Below, in pieces: positions 49,822 through 60,102 of a stretch of 64,000 bases of DNA (positions within the stretch are counted from its first letter, which is position 1; each line of letters opens with the position of its first letter). Both the position numbers and the translations under genes were made by a program. The notes beneath the pieces were generated by a model. That model was not told where the DNA came from and searched no databases. It was given only the letters and a program-made list of their open reading frames with translations. This stretch comes from an uncultured Aliarcobacter sp. (lineage in GTDB: Bacteria > Campylobacterota > Campylobacteria > Campylobacterales > Arcobacteraceae): contig CAXXLV010000002.1 of the NCBI GenBank assembly GCA_963664305.2, forward strand, positions 1,408,001 through 1,472,000, read 5' to 3'.

Positions 49822-50688
49822 TTAGCTAATTTTTTCTTTTTGAAACATACTTAAAAGGTCAGTTAAAGTTTGTTTCATTTTTGATCTATTAACAACCATA
49901 TCAATAGAACCTTTTTCTAGTAAGAACTCTGCTCTTTGGAAACCTGCTGGTAAATCAGCTCCAATTGTTTGTTTAATAACTCTTTGACCTGCAAATCCAA
50001 TTAACGCACCTGGTTCTGCCATAATAATATCACCTAAAAAGGCAAATGAAGCAGAAACTCCACCCATTGTTGGGTCAGTTAATATTGAAATATATGGAAG
50101 TTTTGCATGGTCTAACTTTTTAAGAGCTGCAGAAGTTTTTGCCATTTGCATTAATGCAAAAGTTGACTCTTGCATTCTAGCACCTCCTGAAGCAGAGATA
50201 ATAATTAAACCTTGGTGTTTTTCAATAGCTCTATTTACAGCTCGTACTATTTTTTCACCTTCAACAGAACCTAAACTTCCACCCATAAATGCAAAGTCAA
50301 AAACAACCATTTGTACAGGAATACCATTTATTGTACATTCACCACTAACAACAGATGATGTTCTTCCTGTATTTTTTAAAGCTTCATCAACTCTTTTTTT
50401 ATAAGAAGTTTTATCAACAAATTTTAATGGATCATTTGGCTTTAGATTTGCATCATATTCAACAAAACTATCTTTATCTGTTAAAATCTCAATTCTTCTT
50501 TTTGCACCAATTCTCATATGAAAATTACATTTTGGGCAAATATTATCTTGATTTTCTACCTCTTTAAAAAACATCAATGCACTACATTCTGGACATTTTA
50601 CCCAGTGACTTGGTGCATCTTTTTTTGTTGGCTGTTCTTTTGATTTTGTATCAAAAGATATTTTGCTAAATAAGTTTCTTAAATCCAT
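49822..50688 (-). CDS. accD: Acetyl-CoA carboxylase carboxyltransferase beta subunit
   Basis: C4 zinc finger, GGSLG, GGARMQE, PTMGGV.ASFA, FAG.RVI. Confidence 0.97.
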   Translation of the reverse strand: MDLRNLFSKISFDTKSKEQPTKKDAPSHWVKCPECSALMFFKEVENQDNICPKCNFHMRIGAKRRIEILTDKDSFVEYDANLKPNDPLKFVDKTSYKKRVDEALKNTGRTSSVVSGECTINGIPVQMVVFDFAFMGGSLGSVEGEKIVRAVNRAIEKHQGLIIISASGGARMQESTFALMQMAKTSAALKKLDHAKLPYISILTDPTMGGVSASFAFLGDIIMAEPGALIGFAGQRVIKQTIGADLPAGFQRAEFLLEKGSIDMVVNRSKMKQTLTDLLSMFQKEKIS

Positions 50689-50700
50689 AATAATCCTTTA

Positions 50701-51915
50701 TTATTTTTGAATGTTTTCAAATTTATCTAATTCGTCTAATTTTTCCCAAGGATAATCGCTTTGACCAACTTGTCCACGTGCAGCAACATCTGCATAAAGG
50801 AAAGTTTTTTCACTTGGTTTATCTAAGGCAAATTTTTCTGTAATCCATCTTGGTGTTAATGGGAAAGTATCCATTACAAATTGTGATAATGTATCATCAT
50901 CAAATTTTGTAAATGTTCCCATTGTATCAACTGCAACTGAAGTTGGACGTGCAACACCAATAGCATATGAAATTTGTACAATTGCTTTTTTTGCTAATCC
51001 TGAAGCAACAATATGTTTAGCTATCCAACGTGCAGCATAAAGTCCACTTCTATCAACTTTTGTATAATCTTTTGAACTTTGAGCTCCACCACCAATTGGT
51101 GCATATCCACCAAATGAATCAACAATTAATTTTCTTCCTGTTAATCCACTATCATGTAAAGAAGAGTGATTTACATATCTTCCTGTTGGATTAATATGAA
51201 TAATTGTTGAATTTTTATCATACATATTTGTAGGAAGTCCTGAATCATCAATTAAACCTTGGATTAAAGATCTTACTTCTTCTATTGGCATTCCTTCAAC
51301 AGAAGGTGCACTTACAACTATTGTATGAATTTTTTGTGGTTTACAATTTTCAAAATTCTCTTTTGTACCATAATCAACTGTAACTTGTGTTTTAATATCA
51401 ACTCCAAGTTTTTGATTATGATGTAAAGCATAATTATAAACTTTATCACATAACATTCTAGCATAAGTAATAGCTGCTGGCATATAATCTGCTGTTTCTC
51501 TAGAAGCAAAACCAAACATAATTCCTTGGTCACCTGCTCCAATTTCTCCAGTTGTTTGGTCAACTCCTTGAGAAATATCTGGACTTTGTTGATTTAGTAA
51601 AACTTGAACTTTTACTTCATCAGGGTGTAAGCATTGTTCTTTTGTGAATGCTGATTTTCCATCATATCCAATTTTAGCCAATGCATCTTTTACTAATTTT
51701 TCATAATCTTCAAAAGATAATTGTGCTTTTGATTTTACTTCACCACCAATTACCACATGTTTTCCAGCAACAAATACTTCAGATGCTACACGACTATCTT
51801 TATCTTCTATAATTAATCTATCAACTATTGAGTCTGCTATAATATCTGCACATTTGTCAGGGTGTCCTGGGCTTACTACTTCACTTGTAAATAAATATTG
51901 AGTTTGTTTTTTCAT
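50701..51915 (-). CDS. metK: S-adenosylmethionine synthetase
   Basis: FTSE...GHPDK, GAGDQG, GLTGRK, GGGAQSSKD.TKVDRS. ATG 51915 preferred (51927 possible); the ORF-track extension is repeat DNA. Confidence 0.96.
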   Translation of the reverse strand: MKKQTQYLFTSEVVSPGHPDKCADIIADSIVDRLIIEDKDSRVASEVFVAGKHVVIGGEVKSKAQLSFEDYEKLVKDALAKIGYDGKSAFTKEQCLHPDEVKVQVLLNQQSPDISQGVDQTTGEIGAGDQGIMFGFASRETADYMPAAITYARMLCDKVYNYALHHNQKLGVDIKTQVTVDYGTKENFENCKPQKIHTIVVSAPSVEGMPIEEVRSLIQGLIDDSGLPTNMYDKNSTIIHINPTGRYVNHSSLHDSGLTGRKLIVDSFGGYAPIGGGAQSSKDYTKVDRSGLYAARWIAKHIVASGLAKKAIVQISYAIGVARPTSVAVDTMGTFTKFDDDTLSQFVMDTFPLTPRWITEKFALDKPSEKTFLYADVAARGQVGQSDYPWEKLDELDKFENIQK

Positions 51916-51916
51916 T

Positions 51917-51994
51917 TTGTTTTCCATCCTTTGTTTTCCACAAGCCTTGCTTGAGTTGTTTTCCATCTTTTGTTTTCCATTTTTTTGTTTTCTA
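51917..51994 (-). repeat. Five TGGAAAACAA-type direct repeats in the metK leader
   Basis: TTGTTTTCCA on + at 51917, 51931, 51956 and 51970; TTGTTTTCTA at 51985; central CAAGC-CTT-GCTTG hairpin. Confidence 0.9.
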
Positions 51995-52088
51995 TAAATA
52001 TGTTTAAGAAAGTTAAAATAAAAATTTAAAGAATTCAATTTGCCATAAAGACAAAAAGTTTGTAATTTTAGCTAAAAATTGCTGTCAT

Positions 52089-52319
52089 TTACTTTTTATT
52101 CTTTAACTGTTTTTTAAATTCTTTAAGAATGTTTATCTCTTTTTTTAATTTTTCTTTCTCTTCTATATTGTTAAGTTCTTTGATTTTTTGTTGTATTTTA
52201 GAGATTTTATTTTCGATTTTTTCTTGAAGTTTTTTTACTTTTTTCTTTTCAACTTCTTGCTCATCTTCAATTAGTGACAGATATTTTTTAACTTTTTCAT
52301 AAATTCTTTGAAGCTTCAT
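52089..52319 (-). CDS. Small Lys/Glu-rich coiled-coil hypothetical protein
   Basis: GGAG RBS, overlaps the upstream gene end, heptad pattern. Confidence 0.55.
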   Translation of the reverse strand: MKLQRIYEKVKKYLSLIEDEQEVEKKKVKKLQEKIENKISKIQQKIKELNNIEEKEKLKKEINILKEFKKQLKNKK

Positions 52320-54069
52320 AATCCTCTCCTAGTTGTTTAACTGTTGAATCTTCTATCCACAATACTTTAGCTACATTTATCAATTTATTAATAATATTAT
52401 GAGCATGAGAACTATCATTTAATAAAGTCGTTGCCATTTTTTTATCAATTCTTTTTTCTCTAATTAAAATATCTATTCTACCTGTTGCAATAACATCTAA
52501 ACTTTTTAAATAATCTTTTAATAATTCTGATTTTGCAAGAACATCTATTTCATCTTTACTATTTTTTATCTCATTTATTGTGTTTATTGTTTTTGCAATT
52601 GCTTCTCTGATATAATTATATTCATCTTTTATATAATCATTATTACTTAATAGATATTTTGAAATATTTTCTTGTAACTCTTCTGTATTTTTTACAGCCT
52701 CAGCGATATCTCTACATGCACTTCTTAAATCATATAAATAGTTTCTATCTTCACCCTCTAAATCATTTATAAAATATGTTGAATAATCAATTATATCACT
52801 ATAAAGTGATTTAATTCTTGTTTGATAAAAATCTTCAATATTTAATTCGATAATATCTGTTGATTCTTTCACTGCAGTTGATATATCATCTTTGCCTAAA
52901 TATCTATGTCTATGGAGCATTATCGCATGACTTAAAACTTCACTTGCATTATCATATAGATGTATTGTCTCTTTTCTAGTTGCTTTTAATGCAGCAAAAG
53001 GAACTGCAACAACTTCTAAATCTAAATATTTGGTTTTTTGTATATAAGCCTCTTTTTCCTCTACAAAAAGTTTTTTTAGGAAATTTACTAATTTTGGAAT
53101 AAAAAATGAAAAAATCAACAATCCAACAATATTAAATACTGTATGAAATAGTGATAACTTCATAGCAAAATCATCTTCGTTTATTCCAACATGAACAGCT
53201 AAATAATCAACTATATCCACCAAATAGTATAAAAAAACTGTCACTATAACAGCTGTTATACTATTAAAAATCAATAAAGCTAATGCCATTCTTTTACTAT
53301 TTGAATTTGAAACAGCAGCACCCATCACAGCAGTAATTGTAGTACCTATATTTGCTCCTATTGCTATTGCAATTGCATTTAAATATATTATTTGTCCTGT
53401 TGCAAGAGCAGTAATTGTTAAAGCTAAAGTTGCACTACTTGATTGAATAATTACAGTTGCAACAATTCCAACAAGAATATAAATAAAAATTCCTTTGTAT
53501 CCTTCAACTGCATATTGAGATAAGTCTATTCCTTGTTTTAAATCTTCAAATCCATCTTTCATATAACCAATACCAAGAAATACAAAGCCTAAACCTAAAA
53601 GAATATTTCCCATACCTTGAATAGATTTACTTTTATAAAATCTAAAAATCACACCAAAAATAATCATAGGTAAAGCTAAAGCTTCAATATTTATTTTCAT
53701 ACCAAAATATGAAACAATCCATGCTGTTGCAGTTGTTCCAACGTTTGAACCAAAAACAACTCCAATGGCACCTGAAAGAGTAATAAGTTTTGCAGATAAA
53801 AAAGAGATTACAATAATAGAAATTAAAGATGAACTTTGAAGAATTGCTGTTGATACAACTCCTAAACTTATAGATTTTAAAGTTGTATCTGTACTTTTAG
53901 TAATAATCTTTTCTAAGGCTCCCCCACTAAAAAGTTTAAAACCATCTTCCATAAAATGCATACCTATTATAAATATTCCAACACCAGCTACTATAAATTT
54001 AGAATCTGCATTTTCATACAGTAAATAGCAAAGTAATGCTAGAAGAATATATGATAGGTATTTTTTCAT
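52297..54069 (-). CDS. Na+/Pi cotransporter family protein with PhoU-like C-terminus
   Basis: Two QSSS repeats with G.N.GTT motifs; helical cytoplasmic tail. Confidence 0.9.
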   Translation of the reverse strand: MKKYLSYILLALLCYLLYENADSKFIVAGVGIFIIGMHFMEDGFKLFSGGALEKIITKSTDTTLKSISLGVVSTAILQSSSLISIIVISFLSAKLITLSGAIGVVFGSNVGTTATAWIVSYFGMKINIEALALPMIIFGVIFRFYKSKSIQGMGNILLGLGFVFLGIGYMKDGFEDLKQGIDLSQYAVEGYKGIFIYILVGIVATVIIQSSSATLALTITALATGQIIYLNAIAIAIGANIGTTITAVMGAAVSNSNSKRMALALLIFNSITAVIVTVFLYYLVDIVDYLAVHVGINEDDFAMKLSLFHTVFNIVGLLIFSFFIPKLVNFLKKLFVEEKEAYIQKTKYLDLEVVAVPFAALKATRKETIHLYDNASEVLSHAIMLHRHRYLGKDDISTAVKESTDIIELNIEDFYQTRIKSLYSDIIDYSTYFINDLEGEDRNYLYDLRSACRDIAEAVKNTEELQENISKYLLSNNDYIKDEYNYIREAIAKTINTINEIKNSKDEIDVLAKSELLKDYLKSLDVIATGRIDILIREKRIDKKMATTLLNDSSHAHNIINKLINVAKVLWIEDSTVKQLGEDYEASKNL

Positions 54070-54070
54070 A

Positions 54071-55873
54071 CTATTCTACAGTAACAGATTTAGCCAAGTT
54101 TCTTGGCATATCAACATCATTTCCAAGTCTTATTGAAATTTCCATTGATAAAAGTTGTAAAACAACTAATATTTCAAAAAATTCCAACATATAGTGGTCA
54201 GTTTTGTTTATTTTTATAAAATCATCTGCTAAATCAAAATCAAGTGGTGAAATTGCACAAATTGTACTATCACGTGCGCTTAACTCTTCAACATTTGATT
54301 TTATTTTATCATATAATAAATTTTGTGGCATTAATGCAATTGTAAACAGTTCTGGGTCTGCTAATGCAATTGGTCCATGTTTCATTTCACCAGATGGATA
54401 ACCTTCTGCATGTAAATATGAAATCTCTTTTAATTTTAATGCACCCTCAAGTGCAAGTGGGTAGAATACATCTCTTCCTATAAAAAAGAATCCATGACCA
54501 TGAAGATATCTTTTTGATAATCTTTTAGTTTTTTCATGAATTCTATCACTTATACATAAAGTTTTAGGAACTTCTCTTAACGTATGAATTTCATTTGCTA
54601 AAACTTCTGATGAAATTACATTTCTTATTTTTGCAAAATATAAAGATAACATCCAAAGTACAACTGTTTGAGTTGAGAATGCTTTTGTTGAAGCAACACC
54701 TTTTTCAATTCCAGCTCTTGTTAAAATTGTATAATCAGCCGTTCTTGTCATAGAAGAGTTATCAACATTACAAATAACTAAAGTTTTAAGTCCAGCATTT
54801 TTAGCCATTTTTAAAGCTTCTAAAGTATCTGCTGTTTCACCACTTTGAGAGATTACAACAAATAAAGTATCTTTTGTTAAAAGTGGTTCTTTATATCTAA
54901 ATTCACTGGCAACTTCAATATTACATTTTATTTTTGAAAGTCTTTCAAAAAGATATGAAGATGTAAGTCCTGCATGATAAGAAGTTCCACAAGCACAAAT
55001 TTTTATCTCATTTATTCCATCAAGTATTGAAGAATCTATTTCATCAAATAAAATTTCATTATCTTTTACACGTCCAATCATACAATCACTAACAACTGTA
55101 CTTTGCTCATAAATCTCTTTTTCCATAAAAAATCTATATCCATCTTTTTGAGCAAATTGTTTTGAACTTGGAAGTGTTGACCAACTATAATTATCATTAA
55201 AAAACTCTATTGAATTAGCACTTACAACTCCACCAACTCCATCTTCTAAATAAACAACATCAGAAGCTAATCCAATTAACGGAGCATCACTTGAAGCAAA
55301 TAAAACTTCCTCTTCTTCATTTCCCTTTGCAACTATTAAAGGGCTACCATTTTTAAAGAAAAAGATTTTTGTTGGGTCTGCTTTTGTAATTAATAAAATA
55401 GAAAAAGCACCCTCAAGTCTTGAAATAGTATTTTTAAACGATAGTGTTGTGTCATTTAATTGGTTATAAAAATTCTCAAAAAGATGAACAATAACTTCTG
55501 TATCAGTTTGAGATACAAATTTATGTCCTTTTTCGATTAGTTCATCTTTTAATTCTTTATAATTTTCGATAATTCCATTATGAACTACATAAGAGTATTC
55601 ACCTAAATGTGGATGAGCATTTAATTCTGTTGGTTTTCCATGTGTTGCCCACCTTGTATGTCCAATTCCTAGATGATAATCATTAGATGCAGAAGTATTT
55701 ACTTTTTCTTCTAAATTGATTAATTTTCCTAAAGCTTTAAAAACATCAATTTTATTATCTTTAAGTACTGCAATTCCTGCACTATCATAACCTCTATATT
55801 CTAACTCTTTTAAGCCATCTAATAATATTCTAGTTGTATCTTTTTTACCAATATATCCAACAATTCCACACAT
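54071..55873 (-). CDS. glmS: Glutamine-fructose-6-phosphate aminotransferase
   Basis: MCGIVG, GHTRWATHG, SQSGETADT, EGALKLKEISY, PRNLAKSVTVE. Confidence 0.98.
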   Translation of the reverse strand: MCGIVGYIGKKDTTRILLDGLKELEYRGYDSAGIAVLKDNKIDVFKALGKLINLEEKVNTSASNDYHLGIGHTRWATHGKPTELNAHPHLGEYSYVVHNGIIENYKELKDELIEKGHKFVSQTDTEVIVHLFENFYNQLNDTTLSFKNTISRLEGAFSILLITKADPTKIFFFKNGSPLIVAKGNEEEEVLFASSDAPLIGLASDVVYLEDGVGGVVSANSIEFFNDNYSWSTLPSSKQFAQKDGYRFFMEKEIYEQSTVVSDCMIGRVKDNEILFDEIDSSILDGINEIKICACGTSYHAGLTSSYLFERLSKIKCNIEVASEFRYKEPLLTKDTLFVVISQSGETADTLEALKMAKNAGLKTLVICNVDNSSMTRTADYTILTRAGIEKGVASTKAFSTQTVVLWMLSLYFAKIRNVISSEVLANEIHTLREVPKTLCISDRIHEKTKRLSKRYLHGHGFFFIGRDVFYPLALEGALKLKEISYLHAEGYPSGEMKHGPIALADPELFTIALMPQNLLYDKIKSNVEELSARDSTICAISPLDFDLADDFIKINKTDHYMLEFFEILVVLQLLSMEISIRLGNDVDMPRNLAKSVTVE

Positions 55874-55956
55874 TTAAAAAACCTTTATTCAATTTTAAAA
55901 TATTTATTATATTTAATAATCTCTAAATAAGCCCTTTTTCGAACTTTTTTTAATTA

Positions 55957-56730
55957 TTATAAATTTAAATTCTTAATTAACTCATCATGAATTTTTCCAT
56001 TTGTTGCAACAATATATTTGTCTTCAAATAGATTATATTCCCCACCATTTATATTTGTTATTTTTCCACCCGCTTCACTTAAAATTAAAACTCCAGCACT
56101 TACATCCCAAGGTTTTAAATTCATTTCATAATAACCTTGAAAAGTTCCTCGTGCAACTAAACATAAATCAATTGAAGCACTTCCCAATCTTCTTAAATCT
56201 TGACAAAGAGGTAAAATATCTTTTATTTTTTTTACAACATCATTTAAGTCATCTTCACTAGAACCACTTGTGTATGGAAATCCTGTTGCAAGAAGTGCTT
56301 TTTGTAAATCTGCTTCATCACTAACTTTTAATTCTTTACCATTTAAAAAAGCACCTTTTCCAATCTTTGCTTCATATAATTCATCTAAAATTGGATTATA
56401 AACTATTGCTAAATATGGCTTTTTATCTTTGTAAACTCCAACTGAAATAGCAGTATGTGGTACACCATTTACAAAGTTTGTTGTTCCATCAATTGGGTCA
56501 ATAATAATTGAATTATTAAATTCTATATTTGCATTGTCTGATTCTTCTGCAATTATATTAAACTCTTTAAATTTTTTTGTAAATTTTTCTTTTAAATAAT
56601 TTTCAACAGCAACATCATATTTTGTTACTAAATCTTTTTTTGCTTTAAAAGTTACATCTTTATTTGAGTAATACCCTTTTTTTAAAATCTTTCCTGCTTT
56701 TTTTATTATTTTTATCAACTCTTTTTTCAT
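55957..56730 (-). CDS. suhB: Inositol monophosphatase family protein
   Basis: IDPIDGTTNF, RRLGSA, WDV.AG. Confidence 0.9.
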   Translation of the reverse strand: MKKELIKIIKKAGKILKKGYYSNKDVTFKAKKDLVTKYDVAVENYLKEKFTKKFKEFNIIAEESDNANIEFNNSIIIDPIDGTTNFVNGVPHTAISVGVYKDKKPYLAIVYNPILDELYEAKIGKGAFLNGKELKVSDEADLQKALLATGFPYTSGSSEDDLNDVVKKIKDILPLCQDLRRLGSASIDLCLVARGTFQGYYEMNLKPWDVSAGVLILSEAGGKITNINGGEYNLFEDKYIVATNGKIHDELIKNLNL

Positions 56731-56776
56731 TATTTTTTCCTAAATTTTTTCGTATTTTATCCAAATATGAACAAAA

Positions 56777-56807
56777 ATTCATATTTAATTCATTATAAGT
56801 TCATATT
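56777..56807 (+). promoter_or_regulatory. Triple direct repeat with 11-bp period, candidate OmpR-family binding site
   Basis: ATTCATATT-TA-ATTCATTAT-AA-GTTCATATT; TTCAT at 56778, 56789 and 56800. Confidence 0.7.
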
Positions 56808-56844
56808 CAAAGATTAAACTTTCAAAAAATAAGAAAGGATAATC

Positions 56845-57927
56845 TTGATTTCATATGCATTTAAAGCATTATTTGCAAATAAACTAAAAACTTTTTTAAT
56901 AATTTTAAGTTTAATATTTTCAATAGTATCAATCTTTTTAATTAGTTCTATTTCAAATGGAGTAATTTCTATGTACTCTTCAATGCTAAAAAGTGATGGA
57001 GATATCATTGTTACTCAAGCAAAAATATCTGATACATTTTTTTCAAATGTAAATATCAATTTAGTTGAAAAAATAAATAATTTAAAAGATATAAAAGATA
57101 CTTCTGCAATGACTGTGGGAGCTAGTCCTGTTGAAAAACTTCCAATTGTTGCAGTTTATGGCGTAACAAAAAATAGATTTAAAAACTATACTTTAATTGC
57201 TGGTAATTATCCTTCAAAAAATGAAGTTATTATTGGAAAATCTATTTTAGAACAACTTTTTAATAAAAATGAAATTCAAATTGCAAATAAAAGTTTCAAA
57301 ATCTCTGGAGTTTTTAAAAGTGAGATTGGTTTTGAAAATGGTGGAGTTGTTTTAAATATAGATGAAGCAGGAGAGATTTTTAATAAATCTGCTTCAATGA
57401 TTTTGGTAAATACAACTTTGAATTCTAATATTGAAAATATCATTAAAGATATAAAAAATTTATCAGATGAAATTGATGTTAAATCAACACAAAATTTTGT
57501 AGATAACTATAATCAATTTAAAATCATAAAAACCTCATCAAATGTTATTTCATTTATCGCATTTTCTATGGGGCTTCTTGGAATTGTAAGTCTTATGAGT
57601 ATTACAATAAATCAAAGAAAAGCTGAGTTTGGGATAAAAAGAGCATTAGGAATAAAAACATCAAAAATTGTTTATTCAATAATGGTTGAGAGCTTTTTAC
57701 TTGGAGTTTTCAGTTTCATTAGTGCTTTAATTATTTCAAATGTAACTCTATATTTTGTAAAAAATGCAAAAAGTTTACAAGGTTATGTAAATGGTGAAAT
57801 ATCTGTTGAACTAGCTTTTTATATCTTTGTTACTTCTATTTTTATGGCGATTATTGGTTCAATAATTCCAGCTTTAAATGCTGCAAAAACTGACCCAGTT
57901 GAGCTTATTCAAGGAAATAAAATATGA
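56845..57927 (+). CDS. MacB/FtsX-family ABC permease
   Basis: TM1, periplasmic domain, three C-terminal TMs, R..EFGI.RALG, PA..AA..DP; TTG start. Confidence 0.9.
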   Translation: MISYAFKALFANKLKTFLIILSLIFSIVSIFLISSISNGVISMYSSMLKSDGDIIVTQAKISDTFFSNVNINLVEKINNLKDIKDTSAMTVGASPVEKLPIVAVYGVTKNRFKNYTLIAGNYPSKNEVIIGKSILEQLFNKNEIQIANKSFKISGVFKSEIGFENGGVVLNIDEAGEIFNKSASMILVNTTLNSNIENIIKDIKNLSDEIDVKSTQNFVDNYNQFKIIKTSSNVISFIAFSMGLLGIVSLMSITINQRKAEFGIKRALGIKTSKIVYSIMVESFLLGVFSFISALIISNVTLYFVKNAKSLQGYVNGEISVELAFYIFVTSIFMAIIGSIIPALNAAKTDPVELIQGNKI

Positions 57928-58547
57928 TAAAAACTTCAAATTTAACACATTATTACAACAAAGATTTAGCTTTAGAAAATATCAATTTAGAAATAAATAA
58001 AGGTGAATTTATTTGTTTAATTGGAGAAAGTGGAAGTGGAAAATCTACACTTTTATCACTTTTATCAACACTTTTAAAACCTACAAGTGGCGAACTATTT
58101 TTTGAAGGGAAAAACTATAAAGATATAAAAGATATTGATAATTTTAGAAAAACAAATATTGGTTTTATTTTTCAGTTTCATTATTTAATCAACTATTTAA
58201 CTGTTAAAGAAAATATAAAACTTGCAAATGAAAAAGCAACAAATGATGAGATTTATAATCTATTAAAAATTCTAAATATTGAAAATTTATTAGATAAATA
58301 TCCAAATGAAATTTCAGGTGGTCAAAAACAAAGAGTTGCAATTGCAAGAGCTTTGATAAACAAACCAAAAGTAATTATTGCAGATGAGCCAACAGGAAAT
58401 TTAGATTCTAAAAACTCTTTAAATGTTTTTGAGATATTAAAAAATTTAAGCGAAGAAGGAACAACAATAATTGTGGCGACTCACGACAAAGAACTAGCAA
58501 AATTTGCAAATAAAATTTATGAGGTAAAAGATGGAAAAATCAACTAA
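57924..58547 (+). CDS. LolD/MacB-type ABC ATPase
   Basis: GESGSGKS, GFIFQ, SGGQKQRVAIARAL, ADEPTGNLD, THD. Confidence 0.93.
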   Translation: MIKTSNLTHYYNKDLALENINLEINKGEFICLIGESGSGKSTLLSLLSTLLKPTSGELFFEGKNYKDIKDIDNFRKTNIGFIFQFHYLINYLTVKENIKLANEKATNDEIYNLLKILNIENLLDKYPNEISGGQKQRVAIARALINKPKVIIADEPTGNLDSKNSLNVFEILKNLSEEGTTIIVATHDKELAKFANKIYEVKDGKIN

Positions 58548-60102
58548 TTTCGAACTTTTTATAAATAAACATTTCAAAATTTCTATTGCTTTTTTTGCTT
58601 TAGGACTATTTTTTGGAATTATTTATTCATTAAATTTATTGGGGCTTGTGATTGATTCACAAACGTTAAATCCAGTAAATATGAGAGCAATTCATATTAG
58701 TCTTATGCTTTATGGTTTTGTTCCTTTAATGCTTTCATATCTTCCTTTTTTACTAATAAATAAAGAAGTTGGAAGTTCACGTGAAGGTCTTAGATACTTA
58801 AATCTTTATACTATTATTTGGTATATCTTTTTAGTATTTATGGTTGTATCTTTACTTTTAGGAAAAAATAGAGGTTTAGCTTTTTATGATTTTGCTTATG
58901 AATTAAATTTCTTATTAGCATTTGCTGGATTATTCTATATTTTAGCTTTATACAAATTTATCAAACTTTATACTGTTCTTCCTTTATGGATAAAAGTATG
59001 TTTAAGAGTTGTGACAATTGCTCCATTTACACTATTAATTTTAATGAATCCAACTATTGGTCAAGTTGAAAGTACAGTATCTGGACCACATGGAGATAAT
59101 ACACTTGGAATGAGTTTAGCTTTAATTCCAATCTATTATTTAATAATCAAACTATTAAATGAGGGTGAATTTAAAGCTAGATGGAATATTTTATGGATTA
59201 TTCCAACAGTTTTTTATTTTGGTTCAGTTTTATATAGAATTTTTATTGGTCATCTTTCATACAACCAAGAGTGGTTTTTACAATATTTAACTCTTTTATA
59301 TGTTCCTCTTTTATATAGATGGTACAAAGATAGTAATATTAGTGATGTTGCTAAAAAAGCTCTATTAGTTTCTATTTTAGCTTTTTTATTTGTTGATGTT
59401 GAAGGAAATATAATTTTTATTCCTGAAATTAGATGGGTATTTCATAGAAATGATTTAATAGTTGCTCACGCTCATATTGCTATGGGAATTGGAGTATTTT
59501 TTATGGTTATTTCAATGTTTATAAATCATATCAAAGAACTACACAAAGATATATTTTTAAAAATCTATTTAGTTGGAATTATCGGAATTTTTACAGCTTT
59601 AAGTATCTCAGGATTTACACAAGCTGGATTTAACTCAATTCCAACTCATACACTTTGGATATTTAGAACTCTGTTTGGTTTAGTTGCATTTGGTTTTATA
59701 TTTGCTTTTATAAAACTTCAAACTTCATACTCAAAACTAGGATTTTATAATCTAATTGGAGTTTTAAGTGATGGATTAGGTGGTATTTCTTTAATCTTAT
59801 TTGCAAGTTTCTTATATCCTATTTTAGGATTTAGTTTTAGTGGAGTTTATGAATATGTTGTTTTTACGTTTGTTAGTATGACAGGGATTATTCACTATTT
59901 AGCTTTAAAAAATGAAGCTTATCAAATGATTTTAACTAAATTATCAGTGATTATTAGAGTATTTGCAAGTTCTATGTTTTTTGCCTTATATTCAAGTGGT
60001 AAACTTGAAATTGAAGCACTTATGATTTGCCTTTTTGATTTAACTTTTGTTTTCATTTATTTAATCTTTTTTTATGAAAAGGAGACTACATGCAAAGATT
60101 AA
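58531..60102 (+). CDS. Polytopic membrane protein, divergent heme-copper oxidase/NorB subunit I-like
   Basis: Many hydrophobic helices; MRAIH (helix II-like), GPHGD, DLIVAHAH (helix X-like); no HH pair. Confidence 0.55.
   Translation: MEKSTNFELFINKHFKISIAFFALGLFFGIIYSLNLLGLVIDSQTLNPVNMRAIHISLMLYGFVPLMLSYLPFLLINKEVGSSREGLRYLNLYTIIWYIFLVFMVVSLLLGKNRGLAFYDFAYELNFLLAFAGLFYILALYKFIKLYTVLPLWIKVCLRVVTIAPFTLLILMNPTIGQVESTVSGPHGDNTLGMSLALIPIYYLIIKLLNEGEFKARWNILWIIPTVFYFGSVLYRIFIGHLSYNQEWFLQYLTLLYVPLLYRWYKDSNISDVAKKALLVSILAFLFVDVEGNIIFIPEIRWVFHRNDLIVAHAHIAMGIGVFFMVISMFINHIKELHKDIFLKIYLVGIIGIFTALSISGFTQAGFNSIPTHTLWIFRTLFGLVAFGFIFAFIKLQTSYSKLGFYNLIGVLSDGLGGISLILFASFLYPILGFSFSGVYEYVVFTFVSMTGIIHYLALKNEAYQMILTKLSVIIRVFASSMFFALYSSGKLEIEALMICLFDLTFVFIYLIFFYEKETTCKD

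Noticed and set aside
51917..51994. metK leader repeats as a mini-CRISPR array
   Set aside because: Repeats are 10 bp with 4-15 nt gaps, far too short, and there are no cas genes.
51916..52038. 41-aa N-terminal extension of MetK in the ORF track
   Set aside because: It is translated repeat/leader DNA; the conserved FTSE motif starts just after ATG 51915.
51916..52088. Known SAM riboswitch upstream of metK
   Set aside because: No recognisable SAM-I or SAM-II consensus by eye; an Rfam search is needed to exclude it formally.
55874..55956. glmS ribozyme
   Set aside because: The intergenic region is only 83 nt, AT-rich and lacks the conserved core.
1075..57008. Short antisense or overlapping ORFs in the track (e.g. 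1075..1326, 8339..8656, 12565..12882, 13395..13724, 27423..27647, 43937..44455, 56814..57008)
   Set aside because: Shadows of well-supported genes, with no motifs or convincing RBS.
58531..60102. Functional cbb3 oxidase or nitric oxide reductase
   Set aside because: The HH metal-ligand pair is missing and no ccoO/ccoP or norC partner is present.
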